A stretch of 64,000 nt of DNA from an uncultured Clostridia bacterium (lineage in GTDB: Bacteria > Bacillota > Clostridia > Christensenellales > UBA1242), in contig CANREZ010000002.1 of assembly GCA_947629745.1 (NCBI GenBank), positions 67,140 through 131,139 of the forward strand, written 5' to 3'. Positions 21,522 through 30,444 of this stretch are shown here, piece after piece. Numbering within the stretch: the stretch's first letter is position 1; each line of letters starts with the position of its first letter. The notes below the pieces were generated by a model. That model was not told the DNA's origin and searched no databases. It was given only the letters and a program-made list of their open reading frames with translations. The translations under genes and the position numbers were made by a program.

Positions 21522-22223
21522 TTATTTTACAAAGGTAATATTGTGGTCTGACAGTGTAAGCGAGGATGTAGCACTTCGTAGCGTATTTGCGATAGCATAA
21601 TCGAATAAGTCGGACACTCGAGTGTTGCTGCTCTCTAGTACTTGGTCGATGATCGCCACAATATCAGCCGAGTCTTTCTCATTCATATTGTTGATCCTGA
21701 TATCCTCATGCGATACATCCATATTTGCACTGCACTCTACATCGAGTATGATATATAGGCTAAGGGCACTTGAGTCGCTCTCGACTGAGAAGCATATCAC
21801 CGTGTGAATACTAAAATTTTCTTCGGCAGAAGTTATAATCTCAAATTCCCTCACATTGACAGATGATCGCTCAGTGTCAATGGAATTTAGTTTGTTTATG
21901 ATAGCGCCACACACGTTGTCGGCTACCTTGATGCTAGGGGAGTCAAAGACTAATTTATCTTGCTCAATGTGTGCACCAAGGGCGTCTAGTGCGCCATCCA
22001 TCTCACTATCTGTTGCTACTGGGGAGCTAATGATAGTACTCTCATCTACTTGAGATACAAGGCCACGCAAAAGGTCGACGAATCTAGATAGTTCATCTGA
22101 GTCGTTTAGCTTAAAATTGGTCACGACAAAGTAGATACAAAAAGCAATGCAGCCAAGAATTAGCAGCAAGTTTAGTATTCTACTACCTCGCGATTTAGTG
22201 GATTTAGTCTTCTTCCTGAACAT
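21522..22223 (-). CDS. Hypothetical membrane-anchored protein
   Basis: Basic N-terminus, one TM helix, acidic external domain. Confidence 0.6.
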   Translation of the reverse strand: MFRKKTKSTKSRGSRILNLLLILGCIAFCIYFVVTNFKLNDSDELSRFVDLLRGLVSQVDESTIISSPVATDSEMDGALDALGAHIEQDKLVFDSPSIKVADNVCGAIINKLNSIDTERSSVNVREFEIITSAEENFSIHTVICFSVESDSSALSLYIILDVECSANMDVSHEDIRINNMNEKDSADIVAIIDQVLESSNTRVSDLFDYAIANTLRSATSSLTLSDHNITFVK

Positions 22224-22332
22224 ATTTTATTATAAGATAATAACTGCCCGCTCGTCAAGGATTGTGATAGTACCCAAGCAATCGATGTGTGTCTAGTGTA
22301 TCAATTATTGTTGCCCGCGCATAAATAACTAT

Positions 22333-23139
22333 ATGATAAATACAGCAGTTATAATGTGTGCAGGTTATGGGTCGAGATTTTATCCCGAGTCAAAAGTCGT
22401 GCCAAAAGAGATGTTGCCCGCAGGGCGCGAACCTATTATTGCAGGGATTGTGCGAAATCTGGCACGTATCGGAGTGGATGACATCACTATAATTATCTCG
22501 CCCGGCAAAGAGATGATAAAGACCTATATGGAGGAAGTATCGTTCCCGTCAATGCAAGGGCAGAGCACTATCCCGCATATAGAGTATATCTATCAACACA
22601 CTCACCGAGGCACAGCAGATTGTGTGAAATTGGTGCAGGATAGAATGCGTGGCAAACCATTTTTCGTGTTAAACGGCGATGAGATAATAGATAGTGTTGA
22701 TTCCTATAGAGGGATGATAGATTGCTACACTAAATATTGCGCTCCGTGTATATTACTACAGGATATCGATATATCCTGTTGCAACCAATTTGGCATGGCT
22801 GAGATATCGGGCGATAGGGTATTAAATATCACTGAAAAACCACAGTTATCTGAGTGTCATACACACTTTGCATATATAGGCCTATGCATACTCGACGATA
22901 AAATATTTCCTATGATAGACAAGTGTATTAGTCATAGTGGAGAGGTGTATCTGACAGAAGCACTCAATTATTTGGCAAAAAGTGGCAATTTGTATGGAGT
23001 GACGGCGCCGTCTACGAGATACGACTTTGGCGATATAGGCAAGTATTATCTAGAGAATATCAGGTACTTGATAGACCATGATGATATGCGGGATAGGATG
23101 ATCACGGGGATAAAAAATCTAATTAACAAATACGACTAA
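22333..23139 (+). CDS. Sugar-phosphate nucleotidyltransferase (GalU-like)
   Basis: AVIMCAGYGSRFYP.SK.VPKEMLP, NGD, EKP, GEVYLTEAL, YDFG. Confidence 0.88.
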   Translation: MINTAVIMCAGYGSRFYPESKVVPKEMLPAGREPIIAGIVRNLARIGVDDITIIISPGKEMIKTYMEEVSFPSMQGQSTIPHIEYIYQHTHRGTADCVKLVQDRMRGKPFFVLNGDEIIDSVDSYRGMIDCYTKYCAPCILLQDIDISCCNQFGMAEISGDRVLNITEKPQLSECHTHFAYIGLCILDDKIFPMIDKCISHSGEVYLTEALNYLAKSGNLYGVTAPSTRYDFGDIGKYYLENIRYLIDHDDMRDRMITGIKNLINKYD

Positions 23140-24408
23140 TCACGCACTTGACTTTGCAGGCTCATTAGACTTTATCGTGCTATGGATACGATCAAAGGTA
23201 AATATCACTCCCACGCTAAATAGGGCAATTAGGATGTATATAGCAATGACGGTCACACTATATAGCATAGGTATTCTAGCGCCTGCTAGATATATATAAG
23301 CGAAACTATCAAACGCCCCAAGATATATAGGACTGCGCAAGACAAAATTGTAATTCACATTTATTTTTAGCGCGCCCACTATTGCGGCGCTAACAAATAG
23401 AGTTAGTATGAGGTAGACAAATATTGCACTACATAGCACTATTAGGTCGCGAATAGTGTATTTTAGGCTATTGTATCTAGCAAGGGTGAGTGAAACTCCA
23501 ACTAGTGCAAGCGCGCTAAGTAGGTTGTACATATACTCGCCTGATAGTACCGGCATCATGCTAGGGTCGTACACGAATAGTTTGATGATAGGAATAGCAA
23601 GTCCCAGTGGGACAAGCATCTTGTATAGATATTTGATATCAAATAGCACGGCAATTGGTAGTAGTATCCCAATAATGTCCAGTACATTTAGTGGCAAGTA
23701 GTAGTATATAGCTGTGATGCTATGTGTGAGCAATGCTCGCCCAATCCTAAGTGCTCCATGATAGATATTTGATGCGAGCAATATCCAGAGTATCACGCGC
23801 ATGGAACTATGACGGATCTTTGGCAGCATCAGAATAATTGGGATGAAAAACGCTAGAAACACAATTCGCACTATCCACCATAGCCCGTAGTGACTGTATA
23901 GTAGTAGGTCGGGGAATTGTGGCACAATGGCCTCTAGTGTGTATAGGGGGATTAGCATCGAGCATACACCAAGTAGGGCAAGACACCCCACCCAAAAATG
24001 TCGCGTGATAGTATATGAGTCATAGAAAATGAGGAGGGCTGGATATAATACACCCAGTGTGCCAAATATGATATGAAATATTAAATAATAGATATCGAAA
24101 TATTGTAGAGTATTTTGATAGTCCCGGAATATAAAAATATTGTAGATGACAAATGCTGGGAGGATTATGAATATGGATAATTTCTTCCAGACTCTATCAT
24201 GCGTAGCAAGAGTTAGGGGATAGACTACAATCCCGCTAAAGGCTATGATCCTAATACATGAGATGATTAGGTCTAGCACGCCAGAATATGTTATATAACA
24301 ATTGATAGTGGCAGGGGATGATATGGCAAGCAATCCAAATATTAGGAAACTTGCGACAACTATGCACAAGATATATGAATAAATGCTAGATACTTTAGAC
24401 TTTCTCAT
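23140..24408 (-). CDS. Polytopic membrane protein, degenerate YwaF/TMEM164-like paralogue of the 38823 TM domain
   Basis: Colinear similarity to the 38823..41258 N-terminal half (LPLNVLD vs LPLHLCN; IFVYLILTLFVSA vs FMVYFVLILFINA). Confidence 0.65.
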   Translation of the reverse strand: MRKSKVSSIYSYILCIVVASFLIFGLLAISSPATINCYITYSGVLDLIISCIRIIAFSGIVVYPLTLATHDRVWKKLSIFIILPAFVIYNIFIFRDYQNTLQYFDIYYLIFHIIFGTLGVLYPALLIFYDSYTITRHFWVGCLALLGVCSMLIPLYTLEAIVPQFPDLLLYSHYGLWWIVRIVFLAFFIPIILMLPKIRHSSMRVILWILLASNIYHGALRIGRALLTHSITAIYYYLPLNVLDIIGILLPIAVLFDIKYLYKMLVPLGLAIPIIKLFVYDPSMMPVLSGEYMYNLLSALALVGVSLTLARYNSLKYTIRDLIVLCSAIFVYLILTLFVSAAIVGALKINVNYNFVLRSPIYLGAFDSFAYIYLAGARIPMLYSVTVIAIYILIALFSVGVIFTFDRIHSTIKSNEPAKSSA

Positions 24409-24667
24409 ATAGTAATTTTGGACTTTTAAGGGAGAGTGTAAACATAGGATATTTTGTTAGTGTATCAAAAATGATAATCGATATTTTATAATAAAATCTA
24501 AATTGTATAATAGTCGACTATGTGCTAGATTTATTATTAGAATACCAAATATATATAGCATAGCCAGGGGTGTATAGGAGAATGCTGTATGCTAGATTAT
24601 TTATCCGTCAAATGATTAAATAAAGCGTAAAAAAGGACAGCAGATGTGTCCTTTTACTTTAATGTAT

Positions 24668-25579
24668 TTACTTCAATTTTAGTTTATTTATCTCGCCTTC
24701 GATAGAGTAGATACTCTCATCGAGTAATATTTTCTCATCATGTGGCAGGTCGAGTTTTTGTCTAGACTCCACACCTTTTGCGCCAATCACTGCAGGATTG
24801 CCATAATATATCTTTTTCTTTGGGTCATAGCAAGATACTGTGAATATCGCATGGCTATTATCTAGTATTGCATTGGTTAGGGCTAGTAGGCACATCCCTA
24901 TGCCATAACTAGTATTACCCTTTTTGTTGATGATATCATAAGCACTGTTTTTCACATCATAGGATATTCTTGACCTACTATTAGCGGACAACTCATTTGT
25001 TAGTTTGCCTACTCCAATCATAGCGGTGCTCCATGCGACAAATTCGCTATCGCCATGCTCACCTATCACATAGGCGTGGACGTTCTTTGGGTTAATCTTT
25101 AGTTTCTGCCCAACTAGATGTCTAAGCCTTGCAGTGTCGAGTGTAGTGCCCGAGCCAATGACCCTCTCGTGTGGGAAGCCAGATAATTTGTAGGTCACGT
25201 AACTCATCACATCGAGTGGGTTGGTCGCAATGAGTATTATCCCGTCAAACTTTGTCTTCTTGATCTGGCTAATGATATTATCGAATACATCATAATTCTT
25301 GAAGATTAGGTCGCTCCTAGTCTCGCCCACTTCCTGATTCTTGCCCGCAGCTATCACTAGAATATTTGCATCATCTAGGTCGCTATAATCTCCTGCATAT
25401 ATTTTTAGCTGATTTGGCGAATAGGTGAGAGCGTGATTTAGGTCCATCGCCTCGCCTTCGGCCTTGTCACGATTGATGTCAATCAATACTAATTCATTTA
25501 CCTTATTTACCTGCACTGTGAGGGCAAAAGCATAGCTCATACCCACATTGCCACAACCAATTATTGCTACTTTGTTCAT
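24668..25579 (-). CDS. ldh: L-lactate dehydrogenase
   Basis: IIGCGNVG, Q..GETR.DL, TNPLD, GSGTTLDTARLR, GEHGDS. Confidence 0.93.
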   Translation of the reverse strand: MNKVAIIGCGNVGMSYAFALTVQVNKVNELVLIDINRDKAEGEAMDLNHALTYSPNQLKIYAGDYSDLDDANILVIAAGKNQEVGETRSDLIFKNYDVFDNIISQIKKTKFDGIILIATNPLDVMSYVTYKLSGFPHERVIGSGTTLDTARLRHLVGQKLKINPKNVHAYVIGEHGDSEFVAWSTAMIGVGKLTNELSANSRSRISYDVKNSAYDIINKKGNTSYGIGMCLLALTNAILDNSHAIFTVSCYDPKKKIYYGNPAVIGAKGVESRQKLDLPHDEKILLDESIYSIEGEINKLKLK

Positions 25580-25652
25580 AATATACCTCGATTATCATTT
25601 TAGCATATTATGCACTATTTTTAAAATGATATTGCTGACGTTAAGATTATTT

Positions 25653-26123
25653 TTAGTAGAGAGGGGAATTTCGCACAATCTTGCCGCAAGCTATTTTCCT
25701 GCCAGAATTTCCTGCGGGTTGACTAGTAAAGTCATCGACATCCTCATGGATGACTACCACATGACCCTCTAGCATATCGCACGAGGCATTTGGGTGGAAG
25801 AATATAGAGTATGCCACACCGTCCTTTGCAAATAGCGGAGGCATATCTCCTATATGCGTTGGGTGAGGGGAATTTGCTGGATTGAAATGCCCACCAGTGC
25901 TCTCAAAATTTTTCCCACAAGCATCACCTTCGTGTATGTGATAGGCGAATATATTAGTAGGAGTTTTTGGCAAATTATTCACCTCGGTGAGAATTAGCGT
26001 GCCGCCATTGAGTGGGTAAAATTCTGCAATGCCACGGATATCATTCTCCCCACTAATCTCGGCCATTAGCGTGGGCCTAAGATAGGATATGTATCTAAAA
26101 ATTGATTTGTCTATGTATTTCAT
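25653..26123 (-). CDS. Cu/Zn superoxide dismutase family protein, no signal peptide
   Basis: HIHEG, GGHFNP, HP.HIGDMPPL, VVIHE..DD, GNSG.KIACG. Confidence 0.85.
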   Translation of the reverse strand: MKYIDKSIFRYISYLRPTLMAEISGENDIRGIAEFYPLNGGTLILTEVNNLPKTPTNIFAYHIHEGDACGKNFESTGGHFNPANSPHPTHIGDMPPLFAKDGVAYSIFFHPNASCDMLEGHVVVIHEDVDDFTSQPAGNSGRKIACGKIVRNSPLY

Positions 26124-26252
26124 AATCTCCTCTAATTTATATTTGTTATGTAGCACAGGGAATTTTTGTGAAAAACACTGGAAATTTTGGATATTTTATA
26201 TTGAATAAGCGAAATTCTTGTGTTATAATCAAGATATATTAGGGTGAAAATT

Positions 26253-26846
26253 ATGGAAGATAAGGCTAAGAAATATAGATTATTAAAAGATGATTTTAGA
26301 TACATGGATGTCGGTGGCAGGAAGAGGAAAGTGTACCATATAGTATACGACAGATATGTCACCAATCCTAGTAAGGATAGATATCAAGTAAAGCCGGGCG
26401 ACCTAGGTGGGTGGATAGAAAACGAGAGTTGTCTATCCCATGATGGTGAGTGTATGATACTAGGCGACTCAGTGGTGTGTGGTTATTCACGCGTCAGTGA
26501 CAATGGCTTAGTAGTGGACTCCACGGTAGTCGATTCGCGTGTGAATGGCGACTCTATGGTGATAGACAGGTCAGTATTATCAGGGAATTCCGAGACACGC
26601 ATGAAGGCTTATATCAGCAATTCAAAACTTGATCGCTCGAGAGTGACCGATGATGTAATAGTGATGAATGGCTCGGATGTGAAGTCATGTTGGTTCGCAT
26701 ACAATCTAGTGGTGGATAATTCTAAGATTGATAGTAGGATATATATGTCGGCCATCAATATGTATGTCTACCATGGGCAACTAATGAATATGCACGACTA
26801 CGACCAGATAACATATGAAGAGGCAATGAAAAGAGGCAGAAGGTAA
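26253..26846 (+). CDS. YdcK-like / phage-type beta-solenoid protein
   Basis: VKPGDLGGWIE.E..LS..G.C motif followed by SxV/SxI repeats. Confidence 0.65.
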   Translation: MEDKAKKYRLLKDDFRYMDVGGRKRKVYHIVYDRYVTNPSKDRYQVKPGDLGGWIENESCLSHDGECMILGDSVVCGYSRVSDNGLVVDSTVVDSRVNGDSMVIDRSVLSGNSETRMKAYISNSKLDRSRVTDDVIVMNGSDVKSCWFAYNLVVDNSKIDSRIYMSAINMYVYHGQLMNMHDYDQITYEEAMKRGRR

Positions 26847-26956
26847 TTCTGCCTCTTTTTTTTATCGTATTCTTATATTCAATTTTAATAAAACACTATA
26901 TAGTCACTAATCCTAAATCATTACGATAATTATCTCATGTGTGATATAATCATGTT

Positions 26957-27265
26957 ATGGGAAAAGATTTGTCACTAGAATTTATCAAAAATAGATTTCA
27001 AACTGAAGATGAGCTAAACTATGCCTGCAATGTGGTCTTCTCGAAATATCTAAAGCTAGAGGATAAGATAGATTATATTGTGGGGTTAGATGCCATAACC
27101 CGTGAGGATATTAGGGTAATTTTTAGTTTGACCCCTTATGAGACAAATAATCTTATAGAGCAGATGCTAAGCGGTGGCGCAATAAAGGAAATTGTCGGTG
27201 AGAAATATCAGGTGATAGATCACTCTATGGCAAAAACTATTCTAGGCAAAACATTTGGTCACTAG
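26957..27265 (+). CDS. Hypothetical protein, possible winged HTH
   Basis: ITREDIRVIFSL...ETNNLIEQML..GAIK pattern. Confidence 0.5.
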   Translation: MGKDLSLEFIKNRFQTEDELNYACNVVFSKYLKLEDKIDYIVGLDAITREDIRVIFSLTPYETNNLIEQMLSGGAIKEIVGEKYQVIDHSMAKTILGKTFGH

Positions 27266-27341
27266 ATGTGGCCCAGAGTGAAATATATTTTACAAAATAT
27301 TGCATATTGTGGTAATATTTTTTATAAGATACGAGGTGGAT

Positions 27342-27716
27342 ATGGTTATCCCAAATGGTTTCATTGAGGCGATAGTAAGACGCAGTGCACTCGAGGGAAA
27401 GGGCAGTGGTCTAGCAGAGGAATTAATAGAGAAATATAACTTAGCGGAGAATTCCTATGACAAGGACTTGCTAATCATTCCTCTTGCTATGAGTGAGAGG
27501 GATAAGATTGATGCGATAGAGAAGATTGAGAAGAATTATCATCTAGTGCATCTGGATGAATCGGGCAGTGCAAAAGATTTTGTCATCTGCAGTAGGATAT
27601 TTGGACTAATGGATAAATGCAATTGGCTGAGCGAAAAATATTTTGCAAAGAAAACTACTATTGGTGGCAGAGAATATAGCAAAGGCAGTAGATATTATAC
27701 TTTATGTGAGGAGTAA
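27342..27716 (+). CDS. Hypothetical protein
   Basis: GAGG RBS before ATG at 27342; 2-bp gap to the GIY-YIG gene. Confidence 0.6.
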   Translation: MVIPNGFIEAIVRRSALEGKGSGLAEELIEKYNLAENSYDKDLLIIPLAMSERDKIDAIEKIEKNYHLVHLDESGSAKDFVICSRIFGLMDKCNWLSEKYFAKKTTIGGREYSKGSRYYTLCEE

Positions 27717-27718
27717 TT

Positions 27719-28483
27719 ATGGAAGAAATTCACGAGTTTAGCCCCGAGGTGATAGAGAAACTCGGCTACTATGTGTATAGATTGATTGACCCGAGGAATG
27801 GTCAGACCTTTTATGTGGGGAAGGGCAAAGGAAATAGAGTTTTTGCTCATGTAAAAGGTGCGCTAAAAAATTATAACGGGCAGGATTACACAGAGGCTGA
27901 TGAGGATGATATCTCGGCCAAATATAGTGTGATACGCGAGATACACAATGCAGGACTAGAAGTGATACATTTGATCCAAAGATATGGCATGAAGGAAAAC
28001 GAGGCATTTGAGGTGGAAGCTGCGCTCATCGACTGCTACATGAATCTGACTAATATACAGAGCGGACATTATTCGGAAAGAGGAGTGACCAATGCATACA
28101 CCTTGGAGCACACATTATCCGTCAAGCCTTATGTCGAGCCAAAGGATATCAAGTACATGATCATCAAGACATCTTGGGATAGAGTAAATTTCTTGTCAAC
28201 TACGTCTAGTGTAGACCCTGTGTATCTAGCAACCAGATATTGCTGGAAGATAGATAAAAGTAGAGCAGATAAATATCCCTATGTACTAGGCGTGATAGAT
28301 GGCATTGTCGAGGGTGTGTATAGAGTAGATTATTGGCAGGAATCTGACGTCGAGGGCAAGAAAGAATTCGTAGGTCATGAGGCTGAAAAGGAAATAAAAG
28401 ATATATTTTATCACAAGCGTATCCCTGATGTGTACAAGGGTGGTCGTGGCCGCGCAACGCCAATTCGTTATTCGCAAAATTAG
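27719..28483 (+). CDS. LEM-3-like GIY-YIG endonuclease
   Basis: YYVYRLIDPRNG.TFYVGKG.GNRVFAH, EAFEVEAALID, LTNIQSGH. Confidence 0.88.
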   Translation: MEEIHEFSPEVIEKLGYYVYRLIDPRNGQTFYVGKGKGNRVFAHVKGALKNYNGQDYTEADEDDISAKYSVIREIHNAGLEVIHLIQRYGMKENEAFEVEAALIDCYMNLTNIQSGHYSERGVTNAYTLEHTLSVKPYVEPKDIKYMIIKTSWDRVNFLSTTSSVDPVYLATRYCWKIDKSRADKYPYVLGVIDGIVEGVYRVDYWQESDVEGKKEFVGHEAEKEIKDIFYHKRIPDVYKGGRGRATPIRYSQN

Positions 28484-28557
28484 CGGATAAATAATTTTTG
28501 AGATTTAGTATGATTGTGGTGACACAATAATAGTATTTGTCACAAATACGAGTGTTT

Positions 28558-28710
28558 ATGACAGAAAATTTGATGTTAACTATATTGCAGACTAGGAATA
28601 ATTATGCTATTGCGCAAAGATTGGATGATAGGACACTTGACTCTGTTAGGAGACTCTATCAAGGCTTCCTGCAATCAAAAAATGATATCAATAAAAGAAA
28701 ATCCCACTAA
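28558..28710 (+). CDS. Possible 50-aa small ORF
   Basis: ATG..TAA open frame (MTENLMLTILQ...RKSH) ending in the terminator stem; weak RBS; not in the ORF track. Confidence 0.25.
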   Translation: MTENLMLTILQTRNNYAIAQRLDDRTLDSVRRLYQGFLQSKNDINKRKSH

Positions 28711-28734
28711 GGAAATATCCTAGTGGGATTTTTT
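28697..28734. terminator. Bidirectional terminator
   Basis: aaaatcccacta-...-tagtgggattttt. Confidence 0.75.
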
Positions 28735-28833
28735 GTTCGCGCAGGGGTGTGCTTGCACACCGAAGGCCGGAGCGAGTACGTTCGAATCGATTGCGAGAGC
28801 AATCACAGGGGGACCTGTCCGCCATTAGCGCCA
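28735..28833. repeat. Structured inverted echo of the tRNA-Thr 3' end with inserted hairpins
   Basis: gttcgaatc[gattgc-gaga-gcaatc][acagg-ggga-cctgt]ccgccattagcgcca vs tRNA gttcgaatcccgccattagctcca. Confidence 0.85.
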
Positions 28834-28839
28834 CAAAAA

Positions 28840-28915
28840 TGGAGCTAATGGCGGGATTCGAACCCGCGACCTCATCCTTACCAAGGATGTGCGCTACCTA
28901 CTGCGCCACATTAGC
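28840..28915 (-). tRNA. tRNA-Thr(GGT)
   Basis: gctaatgtgg...catcc-ttGGTaa-ggatg...gttcgaat...cattagctcca. Confidence 0.95.
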
Positions 28916-29261
28916 ATACCCATTGCATGACACATCTATACCATGCATGCTTAGTATATTAAAAATATCTGCCCGTGTCAAGATAATACACCACATTTTA
29001 TTTTAATTTGCAGTATCTTTTTTACTCATTTTTTTATCCCTGCATAATTCCGCTAATTTCATGGTAAAATAATTATATGAAGCAAAAGTCACAGAAAAAA
29101 TTCATATCAAAAGATGACCCACTAGGCTCATACACAGGCAATAGCACAATAGTAGATGATGATCCTGTGCAAGATGCAGATGACTTGTAGATAAATTTCC
29201 CCAATTAGTAACCAGCGCATAATTATTTGGTATTTTAAGACTTTTAATATATAATCGTCTT

Positions 29262-30367
29262 ATGAGTGACACAAAAGACAATATCAGGCAAAGTAGCTTT
29301 GAGATCTTAAGAATAATTGCTATGTTCCTCATTATCCTGCATCATTTCATAATTCATGATGGGGGGGGTCGTGGGAGAGCTTAAGCGCTACCAATAGATT
29401 CTTCTACAGTATATTTAGCATTGGTGGGAAGATCGGTGTCAATGTTTTCTTCGCTATCACCGGTTATTTCCTTGTCAATAAGAAACTGAATATCAAGAGG
29501 ATCATAAACTTGATCCTTTCTACTTCTTTTTATGCAATAACAATATTTGTAATATTTGCTATTTGTGATAGAAATTTTTCCATCACATCTTTTCTTTGGT
29601 CAATATTTGCTCCAATTGATGGTATGTATGGATTTGTCTTAGAGTATCTCATACTTATGATTATTTCCCCGTTATACAATTATATAATGCACCATGTGAG
29701 CCGCACCTCACATCTATGTATCTGCATTGTATTATTCATATTATTCTCGGTGCTGCCAACTGGCATCAATTACACAAAAATTATTTATATTCCTTCAGCG
29801 GAAATTTTCTCAGGCACATTTTTGTACTTCTTCGCAGGATACATTAGGTTTTATGTGACACCACGCAATGGGTCTAGAATCTGGGTAATACTCACTACCT
29901 GCCTAGTATATATTCTTTCGGTAATTGATGTATTCTATTTCAATGACCAAGTAATGATACGTGAGTCTTCGGCAATCGCTAGCGTGATAATTCCAATGGG
30001 TTTATTCCTATCTTGTTATGGGTCAAATTTTAGGTCCAGGATTGTAAATAAAATTAGCGGCCTTGTATTTGGAGTCTATCTCATTCATGAAAATTATTAC
30101 ATACGGCAGTGGCTATGGGGATACACTAGTAGTCTCGAGCTCTACAATAGCATTTACTATCCATTACTTGGCATTTCCATAGCGCTAATTATTTTTGTCG
30201 TATGCGCGCTGATAGAATATATTAGGCAAAAGACTATCCAAAGGCTACTTGATAAGCCTATAGATATTATATCCTGCAAATTGCAGGATAAATTGGATTC
30301 AATTACTAGAAAATTGAGTGAAAAGATTCATCAAAAATCTGAGTCTCAGGGACAAGTAAAAGATTAA
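29262..30367 (+). pseudogene. Acyltransferase-3 (OafA-like) gene, frameshifted at a G8 tract (likely phase-variable, OFF)
   Basis: 5' frame RQSSFEILRIIAMFLIILHH stops at 29384; one extra G at 29361-29368 joins it to GKIGVNVFFAITGYF...FGVYLIH in the 29510 frame. Confidence 0.88.
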
Positions 30368-30444
30368 AAAATTATTAGATTAATTTGGGTGCAAATAGTT
30401 CACAAAAAGTATAGATATGCTATAATACTAATATAGAGGTATTT

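Noticed and set aside
28735-28833. Inverted echo as an intron-containing or permuted tRNA, or a tmRNA
   Set aside because: No 5' acceptor strand or anticodon arm on the + strand; far too short for tmRNA and no tag ORF; same conclusion for 46079-46216
29510-30367. Track ORF as a complete acyltransferase starting at TTG 29510
   Set aside because: It lacks the conserved N-terminal motifs, which lie upstream across the G8 frameshift
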